A DNA stretch of 64,000 nt from Eledone cirrhosa (Eukaryota), in contig OZ024740.1 of the NCBI GenBank assembly GCA_964016885.1, positions 411,556,001 to 411,620,000 on the forward strand, written 5' to 3'. Positions 30,401-44,517 of this stretch are shown here, one piece after another (positions within the stretch are counted from its first letter, which is position 1; every line of letters starts with the position of its first letter). The notes below the pieces were generated by a model. That model saw nothing but the letters and a program-made list of their open reading frames with translations. It made no database searches and was not told where the DNA came from. Position numbers and translations under genes: made by a program.

Positions 30401-30708
30401 GTATAAATATATATATATGTGTGTGTGTGTGTATAAGTCCATGTATTTTGAATATCTAATGATTATACGGTATGTTTACGAATAAACATTTTAAAGCATT
30501 TAGCTATGAATTTAGGAAACTTGGAATAGCGCCATCTAGTGAATTCCCGCACAACCAAGTGGGGACTACCGGTGATCGTTCAGACTGATGGTCGTTTTCA
30601 AGTCAGTGCTAAAGGCTTTCAAATATTTATTCGTAATCATACCGATAACATAAGATATACAAAATACACACTTTTATATGTCTATAGCTATGATAGAGCG
30701 AACAATTT

Positions 30709-30833
<125 letters not shown>

Positions 30834-30843
30834 AACCAGTAAG

Positions 30844-30937
30844 ACCCCGACAGCTGAGCTCAAGCCGTTTCGACGGCTAATTCTGGACTAAATGAAAATT
30901 TATCCTGGTATTTAAATAGCCGATCTTCTCAAGGGGT
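30844..30937 (-). ncRNA. Type I hammerhead ribozyme (U3-A8), inverted-arm copy, sense to the host pre-mRNA
   Basis: Reverse complement of 34535-34628. Confidence 0.8.
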
Positions 30938-31561
30938 AATTCCATATATGATCAAAGTGATTGTCAAAAATCAGTAGTAATTCTGTGATTGCACATCAGT
31001 AGGGGAGATGGTGGCTAAACCTGCCAGTAGGAGAAAGTAGGGGAGGGGTGGAGTAGACCCAATCAAGCGTTGGTAGTGCCAGCTACAGCTGGGCATGAGG
31101 TCAAAGAAGATACTGGGGAGGGGGAGGGGGAGGAAGTCGGAACGGTAGGTAGAACAATGGGGGGTAAAAATATATATGAAAGAAAAAATACTGAGAGTGA
31201 AGAAAAGCGAATAGGTGTAAAGAAAAAAAAAAAAAAAAAAAAAAAAGTAAAGCAAGTTCTACGACCTAGGTCTCTAGCTATTGTTAGGCTAGAATAAATA
31301 AATAAAGAAAGAAAGAAAGAAGTAAAGAAAGAAATAAAGAAATAACGAAATAAGTAAAAGAACTAGGTGGGACGGATTAGGCAAGGACCCTTTTAAGAGG
31401 TATAAGTACGTAAATGATACGGTGACGGGTCAACAAAAGGGGCCAAAATACTAAAGAGACTACCACGAAATAAATAATAAAGGTTTCTATCCCGGGCACA
31501 ATGCCAGCAACCACCCAGTGCAGCAAAGTGAACTAGTACGAGATAATAATTCTGAGTCCCG

Positions 31562-31594
<33 letters not shown>

Positions 31595-32217
31595 CTAATG
31601 CTAACTCTAAAAGATCTAAAACAAGCTACATGAAAGTTCGTACGAAGTAAAGGTAGAATACGGAAAAATAAATTCAGAATCCACCCCGCCCAAAAGAAAA
31701 GCGAAGAAAGAAATACTGAAACGAAAGAATAAGGCATAAGTGCCACTAAGAAATATAGAAGGCACGGAGAATAGTGGGAGTGGTCGGAAAAAGGGGGCAA
31801 GTATCCGGGGTCTAAACCAACTGCTATAAAAGGCGGAGTCCGCCAAATCTATCATAGACTAGGGGAGGGGGTAGGGGTACTAAGGCTACAAGGGGCCAAA
31901 GGGCAGCCTCGGGTGGGCGAGAAAAGACGCCGACAAAGGAGAAGAGCTGGGGTAGAAGGAATAAGGAGAGATGGGGGGGGGAGAAATAAAGGAAGCGATA
32001 AAAGAATAAAAAGAAGATCTTACGTCTCCCTTGGCAAGCAGGGGTTACCCATTGCAAAATCGGCAAGTGGGGTGTTATAGCCCTAGTCTACCCCCCCGGG
32101 TCATTATGGGGTTTGAGGGCGAGGTAAGTCCTACGCAATCTATGTTTACATGCAGTAACCAGTTCATCGTTCTTGTTTAGGAGTTGGTCCGTCGAAAACA
32201 GCATTTGTAAAGTTTCG

Positions 32218-33432
32218 GATTCGGCGGAGGTCACAGATCTTATAGGATTATTCCTAATAGCCAAACTCACTGATATGTTTCCTGCATTGGGTGGTGGATT
32301 GTACCGTGATGATGGGCTCCTTACCCTTAAAGGGTACAACCCCAGTACTACAGATCGGATCCGGAAACAATTAATCAGATTCTTCCGCGACTGGGGATTT
32401 AAAATAACCCTACAAACGTCCCTGACCCGAGTAAACTTCCTGGACGTGACCCTCGACCTCGAAAACGACCTGTACTACGCATACAGGAAACCTAATGACA
32501 ATCTGCACTACATCCACCGCCGATCAAACCATCCTAGGAACATCACAAACAACCTGGTCAAAAACATCTCCCTCCGCATATCCCGTTTGTCAGCTAATGA
32601 GCGGATATTCGATGAACATGCGCCTTATTACAACCAGGCCCTCAAGCGGAGTGGTTTCCGGGAGGAAATATCCTACTGTCCAGCTCCCATTAGCGGAACC
32701 AGCAGGAGACACCGCCGCTCACGCAATGTAACATGGTTCAATCCTCCCCACAACGCAGAGGTGACAACTCCCATCGGGAAACTATTCTTTAGGCTCATTG
32801 AAAAACACTTCCCATTACAACACCGCTACCACAACATAATTAACAAAAATACCATCAAACTCTCTTACAGCACTACACCAAACTTCGCACAAAACATCGT
32901 CTCCTCTAACAACAAAAAACTCAACCCTGATGGCAGAAATAACCTAAATAGCAGTGGAGAACCGACCAGGAGGTGTAACTGTCCGGATAGATCCATTTGC
33001 CCACTCGACAATAGATGCAGAGACCGTAATGTGATCTACCAGTGCAACGTGAGGACGGATACCTCCAACAAAGCCTATATAGGACTTACCGCATGTGACT
33101 TCAAGACCCGGCTATACCAACATAGACATACCTTCCGAAACCCGGCCCGGCGTCACGCCACTACACTTTCGGGCCACATATGGGACCTCAAGGACAACAA
33201 CATCACCTATGATCTCACTTGGAGATTACTGTCCAGAGCCAATTCGTACACGGGAGGACGCCGTCCGTGCAATTTATGCTCGGAGGAAACTTTACAAATG
33301 CTGTTTTCGACGGACCAACTCCTAAACAAGAACGATGAACTGGTTACTGCATGTAAACATAGATTGCGTAGGACTTACCTCGCCCTCAAACCCCATAATG
33401 ACCCATGGGGGGGGGGTAGACTAGGGCTATAA
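32218..33432 (+). CDS. PLE reverse transcriptase C-terminal half, Cys-rich linker and GIY-YIG endonuclease (5'-truncated, otherwise open)
   Basis: DSAEV..GGLYRDDGL, VNFLDVTLDL, YRKPND..YIH..SNHP, WFNPP, CNC..CPL..C, NVIYQC..AYIGLT..FKTRL..H, CNLCSEE, CKHR. Confidence 0.95.
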   Translation, partial: DSAEVTDLIGLFLIAKLTDMFPALGGGLYRDDGLLTLKGYNPSTTDRIRKQLIRFFRDWGFKITLQTSLTRVNFLDVTLDLENDLYYAYRKPNDNLHYIHRRSNHPRNITNNLVKNISLRISRLSANERIFDEHAPYYNQALKRSGFREEISYCPAPISGTSRRHRRSRNVTWFNPPHNAEVTTPIGKLFFRLIEKHFPLQHRYHNIINKNTIKLSYSTTPNFAQNIVSSNNKKLNPDGRNNLNSSGEPTRRCNCPDRSICPLDNRCRDRNVIYQCNVRTDTSNKAYIGLTACDFKTRLYQHRHTFRNPARRHATTLSGHIWDLKDNNITYDLTWRLLSRANSYTGGRRPCNLCSEETLQMLFSTDQLLNKNDELVTACKHRLRRTYLALKPHNDPWGGGRLGL

Positions 33433-33911
33433 CACCCCACTTGCCGATTTTGCAATGGGTAACCCCTGCTTGCCAAGGGAGACGTAAGATCTTCTTTTTA
33501 TTCTTTTATCGCTTCCTTTATTTCCTTCCCCCCATCTCTCCTTAGTCCTTCTACCCCAGCTCTTCTCCTTTGTCGGCGTCTTTTCTCGCCCACCCGAGGC
33601 TGCCCTTTGGCCCCTTGTAGCCTTAGTACCCCCACCCCCTCCCCTAGTCTATGATAGATTTGGCGGACTCCGCCTTTTATAGCAGTTGGTTTAGACCCCG
33701 GATACTTGCCCCCTTTTTCCGACCGCTCCCACTATTCTCCGTGCCTTCTATATTTCTTAGTGGCACTTATGCCTTATTCTTTCGTTTCAGTATTTCTTTC
33801 TTCGCTTTTCTTTTGGGCGGGGTGGATTCTGAATTTATTTTTCCGTATTCTACCTTTACTTCGTACGAACTTTCATGTAGCTTGTTTTAGATCTTTTAGA
33901 GTTAGCATTAG

Positions 33912-33944
<33 letters not shown>

Positions 33945-34534
33945 CGGGACTCAGAATTATTATCTCGTACTAGTTCACTTTGCTGCACTGGGTGGTTGCT
34001 GGCATTGTGCCCGGGATAGAAACCTTTATTATTTATTTCGTGGTAGTCTCTTTAGTATTTTGGCCCCTTTTGTTGACCCGTCACCGTATCATTTACGTAC
34101 TTATACCTCTTAAAAGGGTCCTTGCCTAATCCGTCCCACCTAGTTCTTTTACTTATTTCGTTATTTCTTTATTTCTTTCTTTACTTCTTTCTTTCTTTAT
34201 TTATTTATTTATTCTAGCCTAAAAATAGCTAGAGACCTAGGTCGTAGAACTTGCTTTACTTTTTTTTTTTTTTTTTTTTTTCTTTACACTTATTCGCTTT
34301 TCTTCACTCTCGGTATTTTTTCTTTCATATATATTTTTACCCCCCATTGTTCTACCTACCGTTCCGACTTCCTCCCCCCCCTCCCCAGTATCTTACTACC
34401 AACGCTTGATTGGGTCTACTCCACCCCCTCCCCTCTTTCTCCTATTGGCAGGTTTAGCCACCATCTCCCCTACTAATTTGCAATCACAGAATTACTACTG
34501 ATTTTTGACAATCACTTTGATCATATATGGAATT

Positions 34535-34628
34535 ACCCCTTGAGAAGATCGGCTATTTAAATACCAGGATAAATTTTCATTTAGTCCAGAATTAGCCGTC
34601 GAAACGGCTTGAGCTCAGCTGTCGGGGT
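34535..34628 (+). ncRNA. Type I hammerhead ribozyme (U3-A8) with extended stem II
   Basis: ACCCC TTGAGAA GA(t)CGGCTA..TAGCCGTC GAAA CGGCT-tgagctc-AGCTG TC GGGGT; GUC cleavage after 34623. Confidence 0.82.
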
Positions 34629-34719
34629 CTTACTGGTTCCTATTACCCACTCTACTACCCCAAGTATTGAGTACTTTGGTGCGTTATGGTCCACCTGGTT
34701 CCTTACCACATTTCCTTCG

Positions 34720-34927
<208 letters not shown>

Positions 34928-35999
34928 GTTGGTATTCTGTCATTTGTATTAATAAGTAAACAGCCTATAGACAGGGCGTAGGAGGAAAGTCTTCTGCTAC
35001 ATAAAAAAGTATCTGTTTAAGAAATCTATCAATTAGATAGAGAGGCCAAGATCTATTTTACTTTATATGTCTAAATACTTGAGTCGCTATAAATTAGAAT
35101 TTGTATTTGACCCTAAGGCCTAATATAATTGTCACGTACTATCAACAACTTTTCCGCGAGAATATATTTTAGTGTGTTTAACTACCTATAGATCCTTTCA
35201 AGTTTTATGAAACTAGACTGCACTATATTGCTTCAAACCAAAATAAAATTTCAAATTTCATTTTCTTAATTTTATGAGAATATAAACTTAAGACAAGATG
35301 ATGTACGTAAGCATATATGTCCTTCTGCTTACTGCATTGCTATCGTTACCTAAAACAACAATAACTATCATAAATAGATATTTATATTTATGTGTATAAT
35401 TATGCAGACATATGGAAGTGTGAATATGTGTCAATATAAGTATTTATGTGAGTTTGTGCACGCGTGGGCGTGCATGTGTATATATTGGTGTGGTTGTGCG
35501 AGTGGGTAATATACGTTAAATAATTATACCATTATCATAGATAATTTAATTTGTATACTTAGAGATATGATTGCTAACTGCAGTCATTATTTTGTAGCCA
35601 CATTGATACATATTATTTAGACTTTTTAATGAGATATATTTAGACTTATAAATGGAAAAATAACAGTATATATTTTAATAGAAATTTTATGAAAATTTGC
35701 GTAAAAGAAAAAGAATAGCAACCCACTTCGTGAGTCTAGGTCTTCCTAACCGAAAATGTTAGAATCACACGAAAGAGGTATAAGACTTAAACTGAAGTGA
35801 TCAGCATTCTATCCACTCCATAATACATGGTGTAAGTATGAGTGACATTTGTATACCACTAAGAAAAACACATCGACATAGGAGATTTTCATCTGCTAAA
35901 TCCATGTAGTTTTATGTTTTAAGGTTTCTGAAGTGACGATAGGGATATGTCATTCATTTGAAATTATTTAATCTTTATTTTACATTTTATCTTTCCTTT

Positions 36000-36690
36000 C
36001 GTTCTTGTAGAATGATACTTGTATATATGGATTATTGATGGAAGGAGAATATCCTTCCATTAAGACTTCAGGAAGAACAATTTCTGGCGTTTTCACTCTG
36101 ACTTCGCTTAATTTAGGCTTTCTGGACACACTTTTTGCATTTTCCACAATTGGAGGTTGTTTCATTAGAAACATATCAAGAGAAGTTTGCTTTTTCCTGC
36201 CTTTCAAATTGTTACGAAAATGCACTAGAACAGTGTCATTAAATAAACCAGCTGCACGATCAGTAGATACTTTTTACAGGATGATTTTTTTCTACAAATT
36301 CAGAAATATCTTGCCACTTTGCCAACATTGCCTATTGTGTCACTCGTACCGATAACCTTCTCTGCAACAATGTCCTTCTCTGGGGAACCAATCTCTTCCA
36401 CTAATTATTATGAAATAATAGCCCCCCCCCCCAAAAAAAAAACCAAAAAAACACACACACACAACTAAAAAAAAAACACAGGAAAACACAATCGGTATGT
36501 GTCACAACGAGATAAACACGTGAAATGAACGATCGAAGGATGCACTTGTTGGGAGAGCGGTTGCTTGTATGAAAGTCGCTCGTACTTCGGATTTCCATTC
36601 CTACTACAAAACAAAGATTCGGACGAGCCTCGGATCATACAGCAAATTACTCGCACAATGGGGCACTTGTACAGCGAGGTTCTACTGTAT
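36000..36690 (-). mobile_element. Tigger/pogo-like DNA transposon remnant
   Basis: HFRNNLKGRKKQTSLDMFL resembles the Tigger C-terminus; terminal TA-CAGTAGAACCTCG-like end at ~36690. Confidence 0.6.
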
Positions 36691-36895
36691 TTTTATAAAA
36701 TTATAAAATATTATTTCAAATATCCCAAACCATATTTATTTACTATATTTGGTGTTTGTACGTGAAACAAATATGTTATAATTCTCCATACATTCTTGCT
36801 TGTAATATTATTAGTTACTATTTATGCAGTGTTTTCAATATTCTTCGCGCAATATTCTTACTAAAATTATACACACACACACACAGACACAATGT

Positions 36896-37091
36896 AAAGG
36901 CGCGTGTCTGAGTGGTTAGAGAATTGGGTTCGCAATCGTGGGGTCGATTCTGTTATGGCCTTGGGCAAAACATTTTATTTCTCGTTGCTCCTTCTACCTG
37001 GAGTTGCGACCGATAGATTGTACTAGCAATTGTAAAGACCAATGGAAACATTGTTTCCTCTGTCCGATTTGACGAAAGTAGATTGAATGTC

Positions 37092-37095
<4 letters not shown>
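36896..37095 (+). mobile_element. tRNA-derived SINE
   Basis: GGCGCGTG..GTGGTTAG head; body homologous to 41975-42195. Confidence 0.75.
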
Positions 37096-37173
<78 letters not shown>

Positions 37174-38089
37174 CATATATATATATATATTTACATATGT
37201 GTGTGCGTGTGTGTGTGTATCGAAATTTCGTATTTCTAAAGAAATACTCTATGTTTATAGCTAAACATTCAGAAAGCCGTAGCTTTGCAAAACACCGGGG
37301 CTAATGCTCTCTGGTAGTGTCGAGCAGAAGTAAGGGAGATAATCGTCGATGCATTTCGGACTTAACTGGTTCTCACCTGGACAATCTCTGCCACTCTTGT
37401 GATTGCTGGACTTGAAAACAGGCGAGTATACATCGTTTTCTCGTCTGTGAAAATGAGGGGATTAATCTCATTTGCATATACAGTTGCATAAGTTGGCTTA
37501 ACGTTTGATGGCCCAGCCATATCATCCTCTTATGATGCAAGACAATGCGATTTCTTCAGGTGTTATTGGTAGAATTATGCAACGGTCTATTTACTTTAGA
37601 ATTCGAAATGATATACTGGTGGTAACTTTGGGATTCTTCATGCTTTCTGTATTTAGATTTTTGGAAAAAGTACGACTATATATATTGAATAGTCTTCTAT
37701 CATTAAACATAACAGCTAGTTAAATTATTTCATCCGGAAAAGAACTAAATCACACACTACATTATCACCCAATCTTTCGAAGTAAATTTTAAGTATGTAT
37801 TTAACCACTTTTGCACATCATTCTGATGATTTGAAATGTGTTCTTCTTTCCTTCTTTACACACATAGCATTATTTAAAATGTCACTTAAGTTATATATCC
37901 ACTCGTGCGTGAATAGTGGCACTTCTCTCTCACATGTTTTAAATTTTATATTTAGGAATTGTCAAAGTTTCTCTTGCTTTGAATTTCTATTTACACACAC
38001 ATATTGTCACACAGACATATATATACATATTTGTATATATACACATATATATATTTATACATACATGCATACATGCATACATATATATA

Positions 38090-38455
38090 TGGTGGGTGCC
38101 AACTCGTTTTCGAGTACGGCCACTACTTTATATCCATGTAGGAGAACCCCTACCGATGCGCTGAACGAGTGTGACTTTTTATCCTGCCAGCGACTTGAAA
38201 ACTCTGGTACAAACACTACACTTGTGACAATTATTGACACATAGTGCTGGGCCCATGGTACCATGTGACGCAAAGTGCAGAGAGATCTCCAGATATAAAG
38301 CAATGCCTGTGCCGTGAAGCTTTTATAGTGAGCAAAGGCACTGCACAAAGCCAGTCCCACTCTCTTAACCAAGATGATATTTACCATACATATATATATA
38401 TACATATATATATATGCATATATATATATACATAAATATATATATATATACATAC

Positions 38456-38486
<31 letters not shown>

Positions 38487-38683
38487 TACATACATGTATA
38501 TATATATACATACATATATATATATACCTACATATATACATATATATACATACACATATATATACATACATATATACATACATATATATACATATACATA
38601 CATACATACATATACATATATATACATACATATATATATATATATATATACATACATATATACTTACATATACATATACATAC

Positions 38684-38738
<55 letters not shown>

Positions 38739-38757
38739 TATATATACATACACATAC

Positions 38758-38789
<32 letters not shown>

Positions 38790-38806
38790 ATACATACATA
38801 CATATG

Positions 38807-38840
<34 letters not shown>

Positions 38841-38859
38841 CATACATATATATACATAT

Positions 38860-38934
<75 letters not shown>

Positions 38935-38942
38935 TACATACA

Positions 38943-39026
<84 letters not shown>

Positions 39027-39657
39027 CATACCTATATATATATATGGTGGCTGCTAACTCGTTTTCGAGTACAACCACTACTTTATATCCATGTAGGAGA
39101 ACCCCTACTGATGCGCTGAACGAGTGTGACTTTTTAGTCCAACCAGCGACTAGAAAACTCTGGTACAAACACTACACTTGTGACAATTACTGACACATAG
39201 TGCTGGGTCCATGGTACCATGTGATGACAAGTGCAGAGAAATCTCCAGATATAAAGCAATGCCTGTGCCGTGAAGCTTTTATAGTGAGCAAACACACTGT
39301 ACAAAGCCAGTCCCACTCTCTTAACCAAGATGATATTTACCAAAAAGAAGAACAAGTCAACATCATTGGATACCCTCAGGGTTGCAGGTGTTATATCAGA
39401 GTTTTCCTTCTCCTAGAATTCTGCCTGGACAAAGGCTAAGGGGTCATCTCTCCCGGTGATTTTGGATGGCCATTGACTCTTAAGAGCTCCTTTGCCCTTT
39501 GACAGGTTTTGTTTTTAGTCCTGCAGGATGTCGAAAGTCACCCTCCTCACCAAGAAACCTTGGTAGGGTTGCCAGTTTAGTTGCCAACAACCCGACCATG
39601 GGACAGGTTGTACTGGGATACATGTTATGTAGCACCATATGTATGTACTGGTGCTAC
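38090..39657. repeat. ~295-bp direct duplication (38090-38385, 39045-39342) around a microsatellite; probable RTE-like 5' region
   Basis: Two closely similar copies. The second continues into GAGTTTTCCTTCTCCTAG, reminiscent of the antisense of RTE 5' UTRs. Confidence 0.6.
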
Positions 39658-40609
39658 ATATATATATATATATATATATACATACATACATGTATATATA
39701 CATATACACACATATATATATATATATATATATATCCACACACACACACATATATCCACACACACACACTAACATATATATATATATCTGTGCCTGTGTG
39801 TGTATGTGCGTGTGATTGTGTGTGTGGGTGTTGTTTGTTTAATAAATCATATTAGAACTAGACAATATTTTCTATTTTGAAATATTTATCCATAAACGCA
39901 TATCTATTTTTAGGAAAGAATGTTTCAAAACTAGTAACAACGCTGCATCATACTAATGAAACATTTGATTTAAACTAATAAAATAAAATTAAAAATGTTA
40001 ATTAGTTATATACTTGTTTAGTGCTAGCTCAGCAACGTCGAGGCTGACCTTTGATAAAGTGTAATACAGTTGTAGCTATCACTACTGTTATTTTTTCCTT
40101 TAGATAAATTGTTTCGAAGATGGTGTTATTTGAGTGATCCCTATTAAATCGACACATGAATACTACACCAAGCAGGTTGTGCGATCAAGTAGGTATTACT
40201 TCTTGGAGGGAAAAAATAATATAAACATTATATCTTTTGCTGGACTACTTTCAGAGACATGAAACGTTTTTACCGTTTCTGTTTCATCAGATATATATTT
40301 GTCCATATATATTTTTATATTTTCTTTAATTTTTATCACTCTGCATTAAAATAATAATTGATCCGAATATATAATTTAATGAAATAACAACTTATTATTC
40401 TCATGTAATATAACACGACATTGCTATTGTATTAAATGACATAAGTTAGTAATTAAGTCATATATAGAATATCACATCGGGATTAACAATGAAGGACATT
40501 TTAATTAATTCGCTACTCCTTTGAAGTATATTTCGAGTGTAAAACTAAAACATGGAAATAAAAGAGAATGCTTTCAAATCCATTTAAAATTCTGTGACAG
40601 AATGTGCAT

Positions 40610-41000
40610 ATTAATTGTTTCTACTTTTGGTACAAAGCATCGATTACCCCAGTGCATAACTGGTGCTTTATTTTATCGAGCCCATAATGATGAAAGGCAA
40701 AGTTAACCTCAGAGGGATTTGAACTCAGAACGCAAAGGGCCATAAGTCTATGCTGTAAAACACTCTACTGTTACTTCCAAGTTTCCCCCCAGAATATGCA
40801 TAATAATTGTTTCTACTTTTGGCAGAAAGCCAGCAATTACCCCAGTGCATTACTGGTGCTTTATTTTATCGACGCCGTAAGGATCAAAGGCAAAGTTAAC
40901 TTCGGCGGGATTTGAACTCAGACCGTAAAGGGACGCAACTCAATGCTTCCAAGCATGGCGTCAGACACTCTTCCAATACTGCCAACCCACCGCCCTTTGA
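40610..41000 (-). mobile_element. Two tandem Meta-like SINE copies
   Basis: Both homologous to 21905-22100. Confidence 0.8.
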
Positions 41001-41974
41001 CAGAATGTGCATAAAGATGTTTGATATTCGTAACAGTTAAAATATGCTCTAATGATACTTTTATTTTATTTTTTTACTTGTTCAACATATTCAACTATTC
41101 AAACATTCAGATACAATGATAGCAGCGATTAATATATATTCTAAATTTTACAGAAAGTTTTTAAAATAATACTTACGTGTCTACGAATGTTATATCAAAA
41201 CGCCATATCTAAACAGTTCCTTCACAGTTTATTTTTAAATAAGTCGAAACGTATTTTAATATATTGCGAAATTTTAAATTATATAGTGGGTCGAGATACT
41301 TGTGGATACTTCTATTTTGAATTCACTTTCGTCATTATAATTTTAGATTCATAAAATGTTTCAACATACTTCTAGACTGATTGAAAAATTCCATTTGAAA
41401 ATACAAGTAGTTCCAATGTTATGAAAATGGACTATGACATTCTAAAAGACAGACGACCAGAGTATAGATTTATGACATTCATATTCTAGCTATGGATGAA
41501 TGAAAAGGAAAATACTTCATCTATAAATTAAGACCTCTTCACAGATTAGACACACCAATGTGTTACTTCTCTTCGAAATTGCTTCCCACAGCAAATTTCA
41601 GACACAGATGTATTAATAAGAAAGTGAAATTAACATTGAGATGGATTCTGCGGCCAAGGATATCTAGCGAATAACTGGACAAACATGAATTGATATAATA
41701 TTATTGATTTTATACAACGAAAGCGTGTTTAAGTGATCCACATTATAAAAGTTATCTATTGTTGCGTACATATTTTGGAATGTTTAGTAAACATCTTTGT
41801 CAAAGATATGTTCATTTGTTAACAAACGTAATTTCACAGAATTAAATTAATTGCTCAATTACACTTATTATATATGCCAAGTTATAACAACGGATTGTCA
41901 CATCACAATTGTAGATTTGTGTTGTAGAATATATATATATATATAAATATACACATACATATATATAGAGAGAG

Positions 41975-42193
41975 CGGATCGACTTTCGTCAAATCTGACC
42001 GAGTAAACAATGTTTCCTTTTGTCTTTCCAATTGCTAATACTATCTATCGGTCGCAATTCCAGGTAGAAGGAGCAACGTGTAATAAAGTGTCTTGTTCAA
42101 GGACAGAACGCATCGTACGGTCCAGGAATCGAACTGACAACCTCACGAGTGGTGCGTATCCAGTTCACTAACCAATTAGCTACGCGCCTTCAC

Positions 42194-42195
<2 letters not shown>
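41975..42195 (-). mobile_element. tRNA-derived SINE
   Basis: A box TAGCTAATTGG, B box GTTCGATTCC, then CCTTGAACAAGACACTTTA. Confidence 0.8.
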
Positions 42196-42229
<34 letters not shown>

Positions 42230-42233
<4 letters not shown>

Positions 42234-44517
42234 ATTAAATAAATGGAAACTATATTTATAAAACCATATTTATTTCGTTATATATATTTCAGGGATATCA
42301 TATTAACAATATGTTATGCCTTCTTCAGACAAAATACAATATAAACAGTCTTATAAATAAATAGATACGACATACCTTTCAATCACCTTGCATTTGGGAG
42401 GTTGATTTGGCAGTAAAAAATATTGTGGACAGTTGTAAAAAGAAAGAGATAAAGAGAGAAAGAAAGAGAAACGAAGAAAAAGAAGAAATGCATGTGACTA
42501 AATAGAGAGATATAGAAAGACAGATAAAGAGAAGAACTTCATGTAAAGAAACAGAGAGAAATATATATAGAGAGAGGAAAAAAAGAAAGAGATAGATAGA
42601 GATAGATAGAGAAACTAGGAGGTTGAGTATCGGTTGATACATTTATTTATTTATTTATTTATTTAGCTCTAGTATTAATGTAAAGAGAGATGTATGTAGC
42701 TAAGAGAGAAAATAGCCGTTATATAGAGAGAAAAAAGAGAAAATGAAAAAGAGAAAATGATCCATCCAAAAAATCTTCAACAGCACTATCAGGCGTACTC
42801 TGGCAACTTAGGCATGATAACGTTAGATATTCGACGACTTGGAATATAGTTTCAAGGGGGATTCCTTTTAATTCATCCTCTAAGACATGTGACCTCTGTG
42901 CGGAGGAGATATTCTTTATACTGAAATCTAAAAATTCCCTTAATCTACGGACAAATTTATTCAGTTGCTGCAGACATAGATTAAACTCAACGTTTAAATA
43001 TAAATTTAAATTTAAAATGTAGTTATGTTTGATTTGATTTGTAATTATTTATGAAACTAGCCGATAAATCTTTCGATTTCTTCTTTTTATTAAAACATTC
43101 TTTTTATTAAAACATTCTTCATGAATAATTAAACTACCCTAAAAGCTGATGCTCCAAATATATCGAATTAAATTTTAAACTAGATAAACTTCTATATTAA
43201 ATATAAGAACATATGTAGACCAAATGGGTATCCTAAACTTTTGGAATGATTTCTGCTAGACAGGATTCGGTAAACAATTTTTGTTTTATCTGTTTCGACT
43301 CTGATGCTTATGATGATCTTGGCAATATATTGTCAATTAACTTTGAAAGGCTGATCTCTGTGTTTTATTTGTATTATTTTTTATATTTTTTAATATTTTT
43401 TAATATTTTGTAATATTTTTTATTTTTATATTAAATGTTTTAGTTTTCTGTTTATTTATTTATTTTCTTGTCTTGTCTCTGATATTTTTATTTTATTTTT
43501 ATTAATATATTGAAATCTGTTCTCTATTTCTGCTTGATCGACAATCATGTAGAATAAAGACAAGAATAGTATTGTTAAAATTAATATAGACTCTATATAT
43601 ATGTGTATATATACACACATATATGTATACTTGAATTTGTATAGCACAATGAGAATGTTTTCGTGTGAATTGGGAGTTTGTTTATAATTATGATATATTT
43701 ATAATTATGATATAAACATATGAATTTTTAAAAACTAGACATAAGATCATTACTTTTCACACATTATAGATACATGTCTCATTCATGAATACTGGTATTT
43801 ACATTATAGTGCCTGTTTTATACGAACTAATATTTTCTACGGGATAAAACATAGCAGTTTTAAATTCTGCATCGTTTATGTCTGGTTATGTTTCATTTTC
43901 TCTTTTTCATTTTCTCTTTTTTCTCTCTATATAACGGATATTTTCTCTCTTAGCTACATACATCTCTCTTTACATTAATACTAGAGCTAAATAAATAAAT
44001 AAATAAATAAATAAATGTATCAACCGATACTCAACCTCCTAGTTTCTCTATCTATCTCTATCTATCTCTTTCTTTTTTTCCTCTCTCTATATATATTTCT
44101 CTCTGTTTCTTTACATGAAGTTCTTCTCTTTATCTATCTTTCTATATCTCTCTATTTAGTCACATGCATTTCTTCTTTTTCCTCGTTTCTCTTTCTTTCT
44201 CTCTTTATCTCTTTCTTTTTACAACTGTCCACAATATTTTTTACTGCCAAATCAACCTCCCAAATACAAGGTGATTGAAAGGTATGTCGTATCTATTTAT
44301 TTATAAGACTGTTTATATTGTATTTTGTCTGAAGAAGGCATAACATATTGTTAATATGATATCCCTGAAATATATATAACGAAATAAATATGGTTTTATA
44401 AATATAGTTTCCATTTATTTAATATCATAAATATACTCCAAATACTTGTTGAGTGCTTTTATATCAGTTATAAATATTTACTCGTTGTTAACCCAATAAT
44501 TTAAATATAACTTTCCA
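42230..44517 (+). mobile_element. Hairpin PLE insertion, family 3: ~530-bp inverted arms, GIY-YIG C-terminus, ~90-nt tail
   Basis: 42230-42760 inverted to 43893-44427. 42762-43022 translates PSKKSSTALSGVLWQL..WNIVSRG.PFNSSSKTCDLCAEEIFFI..LNLRTNLFSCCRHR. (TA)n flanks. Confidence 0.92.
44321..44386 (+). ncRNA. Type I hammerhead ribozyme, canonical CUGAAGA core
   Basis: TATTTTGT CTGAAGA AGG..CATATT-gtt-AATATG..CCT GAAA T-ATAT-A TA ACGAAATA. Inverted copy at 42271-42336 (-). Confidence 0.8.

Noticed and set aside
32173-32217. Apparent N-terminus of the 419-aa PLE ORF
   Set aside because: These codons come from the inverted arm; the true ORF is 5'-truncated at ~32218.
31393-34113. Mirror-image hydrophobic ORF pairs (31393-31800/33706-34113; 42379-42642/44015-44278)
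   Set aside because: By-products of pyrimidine-rich PLE UTR duplicated in inverted arms; no protein motif.
39560-39657. Possible HDV-like ribozyme at a putative RTE 5' end (CCAGT..GGCAACTAAACTGG, minus strand)
   Set aside because: Could not map P1/P3/P1.1 convincingly by eye.
41975-42195. tRNA genes
   Set aside because: A/B boxes belong to multi-copy SINE heads with no complete cloverleaf.
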